From a virus (Duplodnaviria; Caudoviricetes): DNA of 64,000 bases. A model generated the notes under the pieces. It was not told where the DNA came from. It worked only from the letters and a program-made list of their open reading frames with translations, and searched no databases. The stretch is from the IMG/VR virus record IMGVR_UViG_3300024232_000009, positions 24,243 to 88,242 of that record. One strand, written 5' to 3'. Position numbers and translations under genes: made by a program. Shown in pieces: positions 26,456 through 34,442 of this stretch (within the stretch, counting starts at the first letter, position 1; each line of letters opens with the position of its first letter).

Positions 26456-29088
26456 GCCCCCATCCACGACTGGGTGGGGCCCGTCGCCGCCTCCACCATC
26501 TCACGACGGCCCTCGCGTGCTGGCGCGCGGTCCTTCACCGGCTCGGCGAACGTCAGCGCGACCGCGTCGCCCTCGTCAGGCGAGCGGATGCCGCGCTTCT
26601 TCATGTCCTCCTTGCTTTCGAGCACCATCTTCCCGTCCAGCGTCCGGTAATGGAAGCCTGGGGCCGAGAGATCACTCTGAAGGCTGTTAAGCTCCGGGAG
26701 ATCGGCGCCGCCCACCTGACCCAGCCAATCGGCCAGCCGCTCCCACATTTGCGCCCGACGGTTGAGCGGGCCGGCGCGCTTCGTGCCGTCGCGCAGGATC
26801 GTCACCTCTTGGTGCGCGGGATCGCCGAAGTTCACCAGCTTCAGCACCTTGGAGTAGGGTTCACCCCAGCTATTGAGGATATCGAAGAGCTTATCGCCGC
26901 CGCCGCCGACGTCCATGAACACGGCGTCCGGCTTGTCCTGATCGATGATGTCGCGCAGCCACGCCAGTTGCTCGTTAGTGCCGATGCCCGACCGGCTTTC
27001 GACCTTCGTCACCTTGCGGCCGCGGCGCCACGCCACCGAAAACCGACCATTCAGGCCGCGCCCGCCCGGGTCCACGCCGATGACCAGCGCGCCCAGGCCA
27101 TCGCACACGTTACGCCGCGCCGCCATGACGAGCTCGGGATCGATGAACGAGTTCGCCGCCGTATATTGGAACATCTCCATCGGGCAGTTGTGCACGAGGA
27201 TGCCACCGGCATCGAAGCATTCGGCCCCCGGGATCGTCAGGTCATAGACCGGCCGAGTTCCCGCCTCTGTCACCGAGGCCACACGATCCAGCAGGTTCGC
27301 ATCCTGCCCAGGACGCCCTTGTCCATTCGATCGATAGCCACTTAGTCGGTCCTGTTTCCGCTGCGAGATAAACCCGACCTCACGTAGAAACAGGCGTGTC
27401 TCCTTGGCGCGCAGCACGAGCGCATTCCCTGGGAACACGCGACCGTCCTTCGCGATCTTGCGTTCCCTGGTGCGCCGACACGTGATGCCGAAGCCGAGCA
27501 ACAGGTGCTGCACGTCCCGAAGGAACGCCTCGTGCTTCGAGAACAGAGAAACACCAGCGCCGCTTCGCTGGCAGAACCCGTCTGCCTCGAACAGCGCGCG
27601 CAAGAACTCCCGCACGATCGGTTTGGGAGAGGCGAATATGCACTCAGGCACCTTGACGATGCGATGCGGCGCGGAGGGCCGGATCACATCCAGCGCGCGC
27701 AGCACATCAGCAAAGCCGGCACGGCCTATGCGAACCTCGACGCCGCCCCCCTGCTTGCCGACAGGCCGCGTTGTTGGCTCGCCTATGAACTCGGCAACCA
27801 AAGCCAACACGTCAGTCACCACATCGTCGTCAACGCCAGTGCAGACGATTGAGAATGTCCCATCGTGCCATGAGCCATCACCCATGAAGTAGCCGAGTAA
27901 CCGGGCGAACCGCTCTGTGACGGCGAGGCGCGACACCACACATGGGAACGGATGCCATTCGACCACGGCGTGATTGCGGGCGAACCGCGGCACAGCGAGT
28001 TGAACGATCTCACCCTCGGTTTCACCCGCCTCAATCCAAGAACCGTCATGTCGAGCGATGCGATGGTCTGGCGTGCAGATGACCTCGTAACCCATCTCGG
28101 TCCTGACCTTGACCGTTTCCCGCTCGCCATTGGCCATCACAGCAGACACGGCGCCGGTTTGCGTCGAGCAACCCACCTTAACCTGCTCGATGGGCACCAA
28201 GCCGGCTTCGTGGACACCAACACGCTGACCAGCGGCAATGCAGGCCGGGTACTCCTGCTTGAACAGCTTCGGGTTCTTCAGCTCGAGGATCTTCGCACGG
28301 CGCCAGCACATTTGCGCGTCGGTCAGCTTGTAGAGCGCCTGATACTCGCGTTCCTCATCGTCGCATGCGAACCCCGGCTCAGGCTCGCGCGCATACTCGC
28401 CGGCGACGAACCACGGGATGAATACCGCCTCGTAGTCGCCGATACCGCCCTCGGCCTGCTGCCAGTCAGCATGGAACAGACCGGTGGGCCCGTTGCCGGT
28501 GCTTTCCTTGATGATCTCGGTCCCTACGCGGTCAGGCACCGTCTGGACGACGCCCGCCTGGTGCGCCTCCGCGTTCGCGCTGAACGCCACCTCTGACCAG
28601 TGCAGCATCTGGATCGTCTGGGACCGGCCCGTGCCCTTGTTCGACGCCACGCCCACTGCGTAGCCGCTGTCGAGCTTGTCGAAGTAGAGCTCCTTCTCGT
28701 TCGACGCGCCCGTGCTGGGTCGAAGCGGCGTGTGTTCGTGGAACCGCGTCACCATTTCGAATAGCGCATCCGTGCCGGCCTGGCTGTGCGTCAGGATGAA
28801 CGTGCGCAGTCCCTTGCGCAGGCTGGTGCGGTGATAGAACCGTCCTCCCACGTAGGTGCTCGCAGTCGTTTGCCGGCCCTTGCCGACGATGATGCGCACC
28901 TTGCCCGTCTTCGCGCGCTGCGCCTCTATGCGCTCGTGCAAATACCGCTGCTGGCTGTTCATCACGAACGGGATGATCAGCCCGTCCTTGTCCCTGATCT
29001 TCAGGCATTCCGCCGCGTAGCGCGGGTAATCGTCGCGTAGCCGCTTCAGATTGGCGAGGAACCGGTCCTCAGTCGTCGAGCCGGCCAA
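26452..29088 (-). CDS. terL: Terminase large subunit containing an intein
   Basis: Walker A-like GKGRQTTAS, Walker B-like LHWSEVAF, ESTGNG, nuclease IGVDPGG, SPDEGDAVALTF; probable TTG start at 29088 preceded by GGAGG. Confidence 0.9.
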   Translation of the reverse strand: MAGSTTEDRFLANLKRLRDDYPRYAAECLKIRDKDGLIIPFVMNSQQRYLHERIEAQRAKTGKVRIIVGKGRQTTASTYVGGRFYHRTSLRKGLRTFILTHSQAGTDALFEMVTRFHEHTPLRPSTGASNEKELYFDKLDSGYAVGVASNKGTGRSQTIQMLHWSEVAFSANAEAHQAGVVQTVPDRVGTEIIKESTGNGPTGLFHADWQQAEGGIGDYEAVFIPWFVAGEYAREPEPGFACDDEEREYQALYKLTDAQMCWRRAKILELKNPKLFKQEYPACIAAGQRVGVHEAGLVPIEQVKVGCSTQTGAVSAVMANGERETVKVRTEMGYEVICTPDHRIARHDGSWIEAGETEGEIVQLAVPRFARNHAVVEWHPFPCVVSRLAVTERFARLLGYFMGDGSWHDGTFSIVCTGVDDDVVTDVLALVAEFIGEPTTRPVGKQGGGVEVRIGRAGFADVLRALDVIRPSAPHRIVKVPECIFASPKPIVREFLRALFEADGFCQRSGAGVSLFSKHEAFLRDVQHLLLGFGITCRRTRERKIAKDGRVFPGNALVLRAKETRLFLREVGFISQRKQDRLSGYRSNGQGRPGQDANLLDRVASVTEAGTRPVYDLTIPGAECFDAGGILVHNCPMEMFQYTAANSFIDPELVMAARRNVCDGLGALVIGVDPGGRGLNGRFSVAWRRGRKVTKVESRSGIGTNEQLAWLRDIIDQDKPDAVFMDVGGGGDKLFDILNSWGEPYSKVLKLVNFGDPAHQEVTILRDGTKRAGPLNRRAQMWERLADWLGQVGGADLPELNSLQSDLSAPGFHYRTLDGKMVLESKEDMKKRGIRSPDEGDAVALTFAEPVKDRAPAREGRREMVEAATGPTQSWMGA
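27187..28242 (-). mobile_element. Intein (352 aa) with LAGLIDADG homing endonuclease in TerL
   Basis: EYPA|CIAAGQRV ... GGILVHN|CPMEMF; N-terminal Cys, C-terminal His-Asn, +1 Cys; LAGLIDADG motifs LLGYFMGDG and LRALFEADG. Confidence 0.92.
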
Positions 29089-29338
29089 GCAAAGCCTCCA
29101 ACGTCGGGAGATCGGTGCTGTGCTCGATCGCGCGCCGCTTCGGTGCGATGTATTGCGCCAGTTCGGCGAACATGCGCCCGCGCAGCTCCATCGGGTTATT
29201 CTTGCCCATGGCGATGCGCGCCATGCCCACGATGGGATCGCAGCCCAGCTTGGCGAGCCGCTCGGCGACCTCAAGCGTGCGCTTGTTCGGCGCTCCCTTT
29301 GGCCGTCCAGCGCCTTGCCGCTTGCCACCTACCGGCAT
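29069..29338 (-). CDS. terS: Terminase small subunit
   Basis: GGKRQGAGRPKGAPNKRT and ELAQYIAPKRRAIE motifs directly upstream of terL. Confidence 0.75.
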   Translation of the reverse strand: MPVGGKRQGAGRPKGAPNKRTLEVAERLAKLGCDPIVGMARIAMGKNNPMELRGRMFAELAQYIAPKRRAIEHSTDLPTLEALLGRLDD

Positions 29339-29558
29339 GATTTATTCTGATTTGAAATTGGCACTATCACGTAGCCGCGCGCGTCGATGGCGACCACGCC
29401 CCACAGTCTGGTGTCGGGCGGGAAGCTGAGAACGTCACCGACACGGATCAGCGGCTTGGTCAGTTTCTGTCTCCACTCGTGGAAACGGCCCGCCTGGATC
29501 ACTCCTGGGTAGCGGGCCGCTTCACTCGGACGCGCCAACCCGGCGCGGATGTATGAGG

Positions 29559-29768
29559 TTAGCCGCGCGCCTTTTCGCCACCACTGCCAAGCCAACCTGC
29601 TGGCGGGTCGCGATCGAGCATGCGCGGGTTCGAGGGAGCAGACGACTCGATGGGGTAGCGCGTGTTACCCGGGCGCGAGCCCGAGCCTGTGCTGGTGTCC
29701 ATCTTCGCCGAGGTCTGCGATGGAGCGCGCACGGTCCCTTGGACCGGGCTTCCGAGGGGCTGACCCAT
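29559..29768 (-). CDS. Small Ser/Gly/Pro-rich hypothetical protein
   Basis: AAGGAG RBS before ATG 29768. Confidence 0.45.
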   Translation of the reverse strand: MGQPLGSPVQGTVRAPSQTSAKMDTSTGSGSRPGNTRYPIESSAPSNPRMLDRDPPAGWLGSGGEKARG

Positions 29769-29831
29769 TTGTGATCTCCTTCCATGTTGCAACGCCGCCA
29801 TCTACTACCCGAATGTCACGCTCCGCAAGCC

Positions 29832-30659
29832 TCACAACAACAATCCATTGCGTTGGGCGAAATCCACCGGATGCTCGGCCCCCTTCCTTAGATTACATGG
29901 TGGGCACAGCAGTTGAATATTGCGATGCGAATTGGACCCGCCGAGTTTCAACGGCATGACGTGATCAACGTGATATTTGGCCTTCAAGCTGGCGCGACAG
30001 GCTGGATTGGCGCATCGACCCCGCTGTCTTTTCAACAACGCCTCGATGTGGCGACGTTGAAAATTGCCGCCAGTTTGGGTTGTGCGTTCCAACCGTCGTA
30101 AGCGTTTAATCGCTCCAGCGGCTTTGATTGCCGGCGCGTTTCGTTTGCGCCCCTCTTTCTCTCGCGCATGCAGCATTTTGAGGTTCGCCACGCGAAACTC
30201 GGCTGATTGTCTACCAGCACACGACCGACAATACGGCTTCAGCCCGTCCCATGACTTCGTGCTCTTGTTGAAAGCATCAAAGTCCTTCTCGATCTCACAA
30301 CGGGTACATATCTTAGTTCGGATTGCAAAACAGGTCCGATATATTTCAATCCTGGGACGATGAACCTCTGCATTCTGGATGATTTTAAGGATCGTTGATC
30401 GCCTGACCCCAAAGTCCGCCGCCAGGACGCTCATACTCGTCGGCAGCAAATACCGCCGCACGACCTCGGCGTTGCGTTCTGTCTTCTTGTTCGGCCGGAC
30501 GGGAATTATCGGCGCGCGAACTGCGCCGGCCACTTTAACGATCTGACTAATCCGCTGCGGAGTGACCCCGAACTCGACAGACAACGCCTCTAGGCTGGTA
30601 GGCAGAAGGTATCGGCGAACAATCTCAGCATTCCGCACTGGGTCTCCCCAGTCTTTCAT
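29832..30659 (-). CDS. HNH endonuclease with two tandem HTH repeats and a Zn ribbon
   Basis: RNAE(I/V)VRRYLLPTS x2; CTRC...YCRSC; HVDHVMPLKLGGSNSHRNIQLLCPPCN. Confidence 0.85.
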   Translation of the reverse strand: MKDWGDPVRNAEIVRRYLLPTSLEALSVEFGVTPQRISQIVKVAGAVRAPIIPVRPNKKTERNAEVVRRYLLPTSMSVLAADFGVRRSTILKIIQNAEVHRPRIEIYRTCFAIRTKICTRCEIEKDFDAFNKSTKSWDGLKPYCRSCAGRQSAEFRVANLKMLHAREKEGRKRNAPAIKAAGAIKRLRRLERTTQTGGNFQRRHIEALLKRQRGRCANPACRASLKAKYHVDHVMPLKLGGSNSHRNIQLLCPPCNLRKGAEHPVDFAQRNGLLL

Positions 30660-30826
30660 CGGTTCACCAGCCGGTTGAGGATGAACCGGACGCGCTGGCG
30701 TGCGAGCCTGGCGTAGAGGGACTCGGTCTCGGCGTGGGTGCGCTGCATGCGGCGATAGTCGGCGCGCACGATGGCGAGCTGCACGCTGTCGTCGTAATCG
30801 AGCCAGCCGGGCCAGTAATCAGGCAT
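30656..30826 (-). CDS. Hypothetical protein
   Basis: GGAG RBS before ATG 30826. Confidence 0.5.
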   Translation of the reverse strand: MPDYWPGWLDYDDSVQLAIVRADYRRMQRTHAETESLYARLARQRVRFILNRLVNR

Positions 30827-31151
30827 CGGCTCGCTCCTTCGCGACCAAGGCTGCGATGGCACGTCGGATGGTGTCGGTGCGCGTCACCGCGTCGCCGGTC
30901 TGCCGTCTGAGGCTGGCGCAATAGTCGTCGAGGGCAGCCAGTTCAGCCTCAGTCAACCGCAGCAGAATAGTCTTTGTGCGGGTGGAGCCAGCCTCCGGTG
31001 GGGAGGGCGACACTTCAGCGCCCACCAGTTCAATGACGAGTGACCCCGTGGACACTCCGACCTCGACGGCAATTCGTTTGAGCGATGCCAACATTCCCAC
31101 CGGAAAGCGCACCGCGAACAACTCTGTTCCGCCTGCCCTGGGCTTCGTCAC
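30819..31151 (-). CDS. Tandem ribbon-helix-helix regulator
   Basis: Two RHH-like units (FAVRFPVGMLASLKRIA; ILLRLTEAELAALDDYC...RTDTIRRAI); GAGGTG RBS before GTG 31151. Confidence 0.6.
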   Translation of the reverse strand: MTKPRAGGTELFAVRFPVGMLASLKRIAVEVGVSTGSLVIELVGAEVSPSPPEAGSTRTKTILLRLTEAELAALDDYCASLRRQTGDAVTRTDTIRRAIAALVAKERADA

Positions 31152-31162
31152 GATCACCTCAT

Positions 31163-31209
31163 ATTTGTATAACAAATCTCTTGTATAACATTCATGGACG
31201 TTATACAAG
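31163..31209. promoter_or_regulatory. Putative operator/divergent promoter: three TTGTATAAC half-sites (direct, direct, inverted)
   Basis: 31165-31173, 31181-31189 and inverted 31200-31208; CTTGTATAAC-N10-GTTATACAAG perfect inverted repeat. Confidence 0.65.
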
Positions 31210-31289
31210 CCATTCCTGAGACCTGATTAACCGCTACGTAAGAGATCGATACCCGCGCCTCGGGGCTTTCAGGGGCAGGAGACAGGACC

Positions 31290-31496
31290 ATGGCAATATC
31301 CGTTCGCAAACTGACCCTCGACCTTCACACCGACCTCTCTAACCTCGACGCTTACGCTGGTAACCGCGTCATGATCGCGGCGCTCATCGCCACCGCGAGC
31401 GAGAAAATCGCAGTTATCACCGCGCACCTGAACGATACCGCCGCCGCTGCTGGTCTCGACGCTCCCGGCATCATCCTCGACGGTAAAGCTGCCTGA
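31290..31496 (+). CDS. Hypothetical protein
   Basis: AGGA RBS; first gene of the plus-strand operon. Confidence 0.6.
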   Translation: MAISVRKLTLDLHTDLSNLDAYAGNRVMIAALIATASEKIAVITAHLNDTAAAAGLDAPGIILDGKAA

Positions 31497-31591
31497 CGCT
31501 CCACCCGAGGGATAGGCCAGCAGGCTGGTCTATCTCCCGCGTGACGCGGATCGACAGGGCGCCTCGCCTGATTTCAGGGGCTGGAACGAAA

Positions 31592-33184
31592 ATGAGCGAG
31601 ACGAAAAGCAAGTCCTTGGAGCGCACCGCCGATGTGGCGGCCTTGCTCCGGGCCCGTAACCCCCTCCTTTGGATCGTATCGCGCGAAGAGGCGCGGGTTG
31701 AGGCCGCGTTGTTCGAGGCCGCGGCATCAGCCGGCTACGTCGCGCGGACCTGGGACGTTGGCCAGGGCGTGGCTGACATGGGCGGGCGCGTTCAGCCTAA
31801 CCTCGCCTCGCCTGACCCGGGCGACATGCTGCGGGTCATCGGCGAGCGCGCCCAACGCGGCGGCGAGCGTGGTGTGTGGATCCTCCGCGATCTCGCACCG
31901 TGGCTGTCCGGATCGATCGGGCTGACCACCTGCCGTCAACTCCGGAACCTCGCGCGCATCCTGCCCACCATCGCGCGCGACAACGCGCAAGCCGTCATCG
32001 TGCTATCCACCAGCGCCGATGTGCCGCCCGAGCTGGCGAACCATGCGACCGTCATTGAATGGCCAATGCCCGACCGCGAGGAAATCGCCGCCATCCTCGA
32101 CGCCGCGATCAACGCGCTACCCGACACGATGAAGGAGACCGCCGCGCCGAACGGCACGCGCGATGCGGCAATCGATGCCGCGATCGGGCTGTCAGGCGAG
32201 GAAGCCGCCGCATGCTACGCGCGGTCGTTGGTGCAGCACCGCGCCATCGTCCCGGCGACGGTCGCCAAGGAGAAGAAGCGGGTCATCGCCCGCGAGCGCG
32301 TGCTGGAATGGTACGATCCTCTCCTGGGCGGGCTGGACGCGGTTGGCGGGCTGGACGTGCTGAAGGGCTGGCTTGCCTCGCGCCGCCAGGCCTACAGCGC
32401 CAAGGCCCGCGCCTATGGCCTGCCCGCGCCGCGTGGCGCGATGCTGGTTGGCATTCCGGGGTGCGGCAAATCGTTGACCGCGAAAGCCATCGCGACGGCA
32501 TGGGGCGTGCCGCTACTGCGCCTCGACCTGGGTTCGCTCAAGAGCAAGTTCGTAGGGGAGTCCGAGGGCAATCTTCGCCGCGCGCTGCGGGTCGTGGAGG
32601 CTATCGGCCGCTGCGTCGTGTGGCTGGACGAGATTGAAAAAGCACTGGCCGGCGCGACCCAGGGCGCGGCCGACGGCGGCGTATCGTCCGATGCGCTTGG
32701 CACGATCCTGTCGTGGATGCAGGAGCGCGCGGGCGAGGCGTTCGTTATTGCCACCGCCAACGACGTGACCAGCCTACCGCCGGAACTGATGCGCAAGGGG
32801 CGGTTCGATGAGATTTGGTTCGTCGACCTTCCGACCTATCAGGAGCGCGCGGACATCGCTATTGCCGCGCTGAAGGCCAACGGTCGGGGAGATAACCGGA
32901 CCATCGACCTTCCGGCTATCGCCAACGCCACGGCGGGCTTCACCGGATCCGAGATTGCCGCGCTTGTCCCGGACGCCATGTACACCGCGTTCGCCGACGG
33001 CGGGCGGGACATCATCACCTCGGACATGCTGATGGCCGCGGCGACGGTCGTCCCGCTGTCTAAGACATCAGCCGAGAAGATCGCCACGCTCCGCTCATGG
33101 GCCGAGGGACGCGCGCGCCGCGCCACCACCGCCGAGGCCGCTATCGCCGGGGGCACCATCGCCGCCCGGTCCATCGATCTCTGA
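31592..33184 (+). CDS. Ycf46-like AAA+ ATPase
   Basis: N-terminal PLLWIVSREEAR, Walker A GIPGCGKS, Walker B WLDEIEK, TAN, R-finger RKGRFDEIWFVDLP. Confidence 0.88.
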   Translation: MSETKSKSLERTADVAALLRARNPLLWIVSREEARVEAALFEAAASAGYVARTWDVGQGVADMGGRVQPNLASPDPGDMLRVIGERAQRGGERGVWILRDLAPWLSGSIGLTTCRQLRNLARILPTIARDNAQAVIVLSTSADVPPELANHATVIEWPMPDREEIAAILDAAINALPDTMKETAAPNGTRDAAIDAAIGLSGEEAAACYARSLVQHRAIVPATVAKEKKRVIARERVLEWYDPLLGGLDAVGGLDVLKGWLASRRQAYSAKARAYGLPAPRGAMLVGIPGCGKSLTAKAIATAWGVPLLRLDLGSLKSKFVGESEGNLRRALRVVEAIGRCVVWLDEIEKALAGATQGAADGGVSSDALGTILSWMQERAGEAFVIATANDVTSLPPELMRKGRFDEIWFVDLPTYQERADIAIAALKANGRGDNRTIDLPAIANATAGFTGSEIAALVPDAMYTAFADGGRDIITSDMLMAAATVVPLSKTSAEKIATLRSWAEGRARRATTAEAAIAGGTIAARSIDL

Positions 33185-33210
33185 ACCTCACACACAAGGA
33201 CACCACGACA

Positions 33211-34001
33211 ATGCAAATCTCAACTCTGCGCCCCGGATTGCTCGTATCACTTAAAACCTCCATGCGCGGCAACGTCAGCTACACGAAGATGGACATCGAG
33301 GCCGACCACCTAACCGATGACGGCACCCGGCAGGCCGCATGGGAGACCAAGCGGGGCATCGAGCATCCGCGCGAGCATGAGGAAGCGACCAAGATCCGCA
33401 GCAAGGCGCGGAGCCTGATTACCTCGGTTTGCTCGCCGTCATCGTTCGGCCTGCTTTGCCCCGCGTCCGACGGGGAGAAGCTGACCGCCGCGGTGGAAGA
33501 GGCGCGCGGTCTGGCCGATGCGTTCAACCGCACCGCCAACGTGACCCGTATCGCGGTCTACGTGATCATCGGGCGCGTCGCCGCTGATGACGTGGAGGCA
33601 ATCCGCGCGATCAATGGCGAGATCCGCGACCTCATGACCGCCATGGAACGCGGCCTTCGGAACCTCGACGTCCAGGCGGTCCGGGACGCCGCCAACAAGG
33701 CGAAAGCATTAAGCACGATGCTGTCACCAGACGCGGCGGAACGGGCCCAACGCGGCATCGACGCCGCCCGCAGCGCGGCCCGCAAGATCGTCAAGGCCGG
33801 CGAACAGGCGCGGCGGAACTCGATGAGCAAACGATGCGCACGATCCAGCAGTCGCGCGCGGGCTTCATCGACATGGACGACGCCGCCGAGGTGCGCGAGG
33901 CCACCGTGACCGGCCGCGCGATCGACCTGGACGCCGACATGCCGGATCCCCCGCCCCCGGCTCCCGCCGCTGGCGTCGCCACCCCCGCCATTGAATTCTG
34001 A
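33211..34001 (+). pseudogene. Conserved-looking partner protein of the AAA ATPase with an apparent 1-nt deletion frameshift at ~33810
   Basis: Frame changes after KAGEQA. The alternative frame reads AELDEQTMRTIQQSRAGFIDMD...GRAIDL...IEF* and ends at 34001, just before the next RBS. Confidence 0.65.
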
Positions 34002-34015
34002 GGGAGACCACCGCA

Positions 34016-34360
34016 ATGCCGTGCGACACCCAACGCCGCCCAAATCAGACCTTTGACCAACGGAAAGCGGAGGTGCGCACGGCTATCGCGCGCCTGTCCG
34101 TCCTGCTGGCGAATGGCCAGGCCAAGGCCATCGTCTCCCGCGCTACCGGTTCGGTGGCGTTCAGGGGATGGGCCGAAGGCGAGACCGCCCGCGTGACTGA
34201 CGCCTGCGCTTACCGGATCGTGATGGCGACCGGATCAGCCCTGGCGAAGCAGGCCATCGCGAAGGCGGAAATGCTGGCCGGCCGGACGGTTGACCGTGCG
34301 GCGTTGACCAATGGTTGGCACTCCCATGATGGGGGCGAGACTTTTCATAAAGGCCACTGA
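34016..34360 (+). CDS. Hypothetical protein (third gene of the AAA module)
   Basis: GGGAG RBS; MPCDT...HSHDGG. Confidence 0.7.
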   Translation: MPCDTQRRPNQTFDQRKAEVRTAIARLSVLLANGQAKAIVSRATGSVAFRGWAEGETARVTDACAYRIVMATGSALAKQAIAKAEMLAGRTVDRAALTNGWHSHDGGETFHKGH

Positions 34361-34442
34361 CTGACCCTGACGTCCCCTGTACCCGCGCCGTGCTGGACAG
34401 GGAACGCCTGGAGCAGAAACCCAGGTCAACCAAGGAGCAACC

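Noticed and set aside
29089-29328. N-terminal extension of terL in the track
   Set aside because: It overlaps terS; a GGAGG-preceded TTG at 29088 is a better start.
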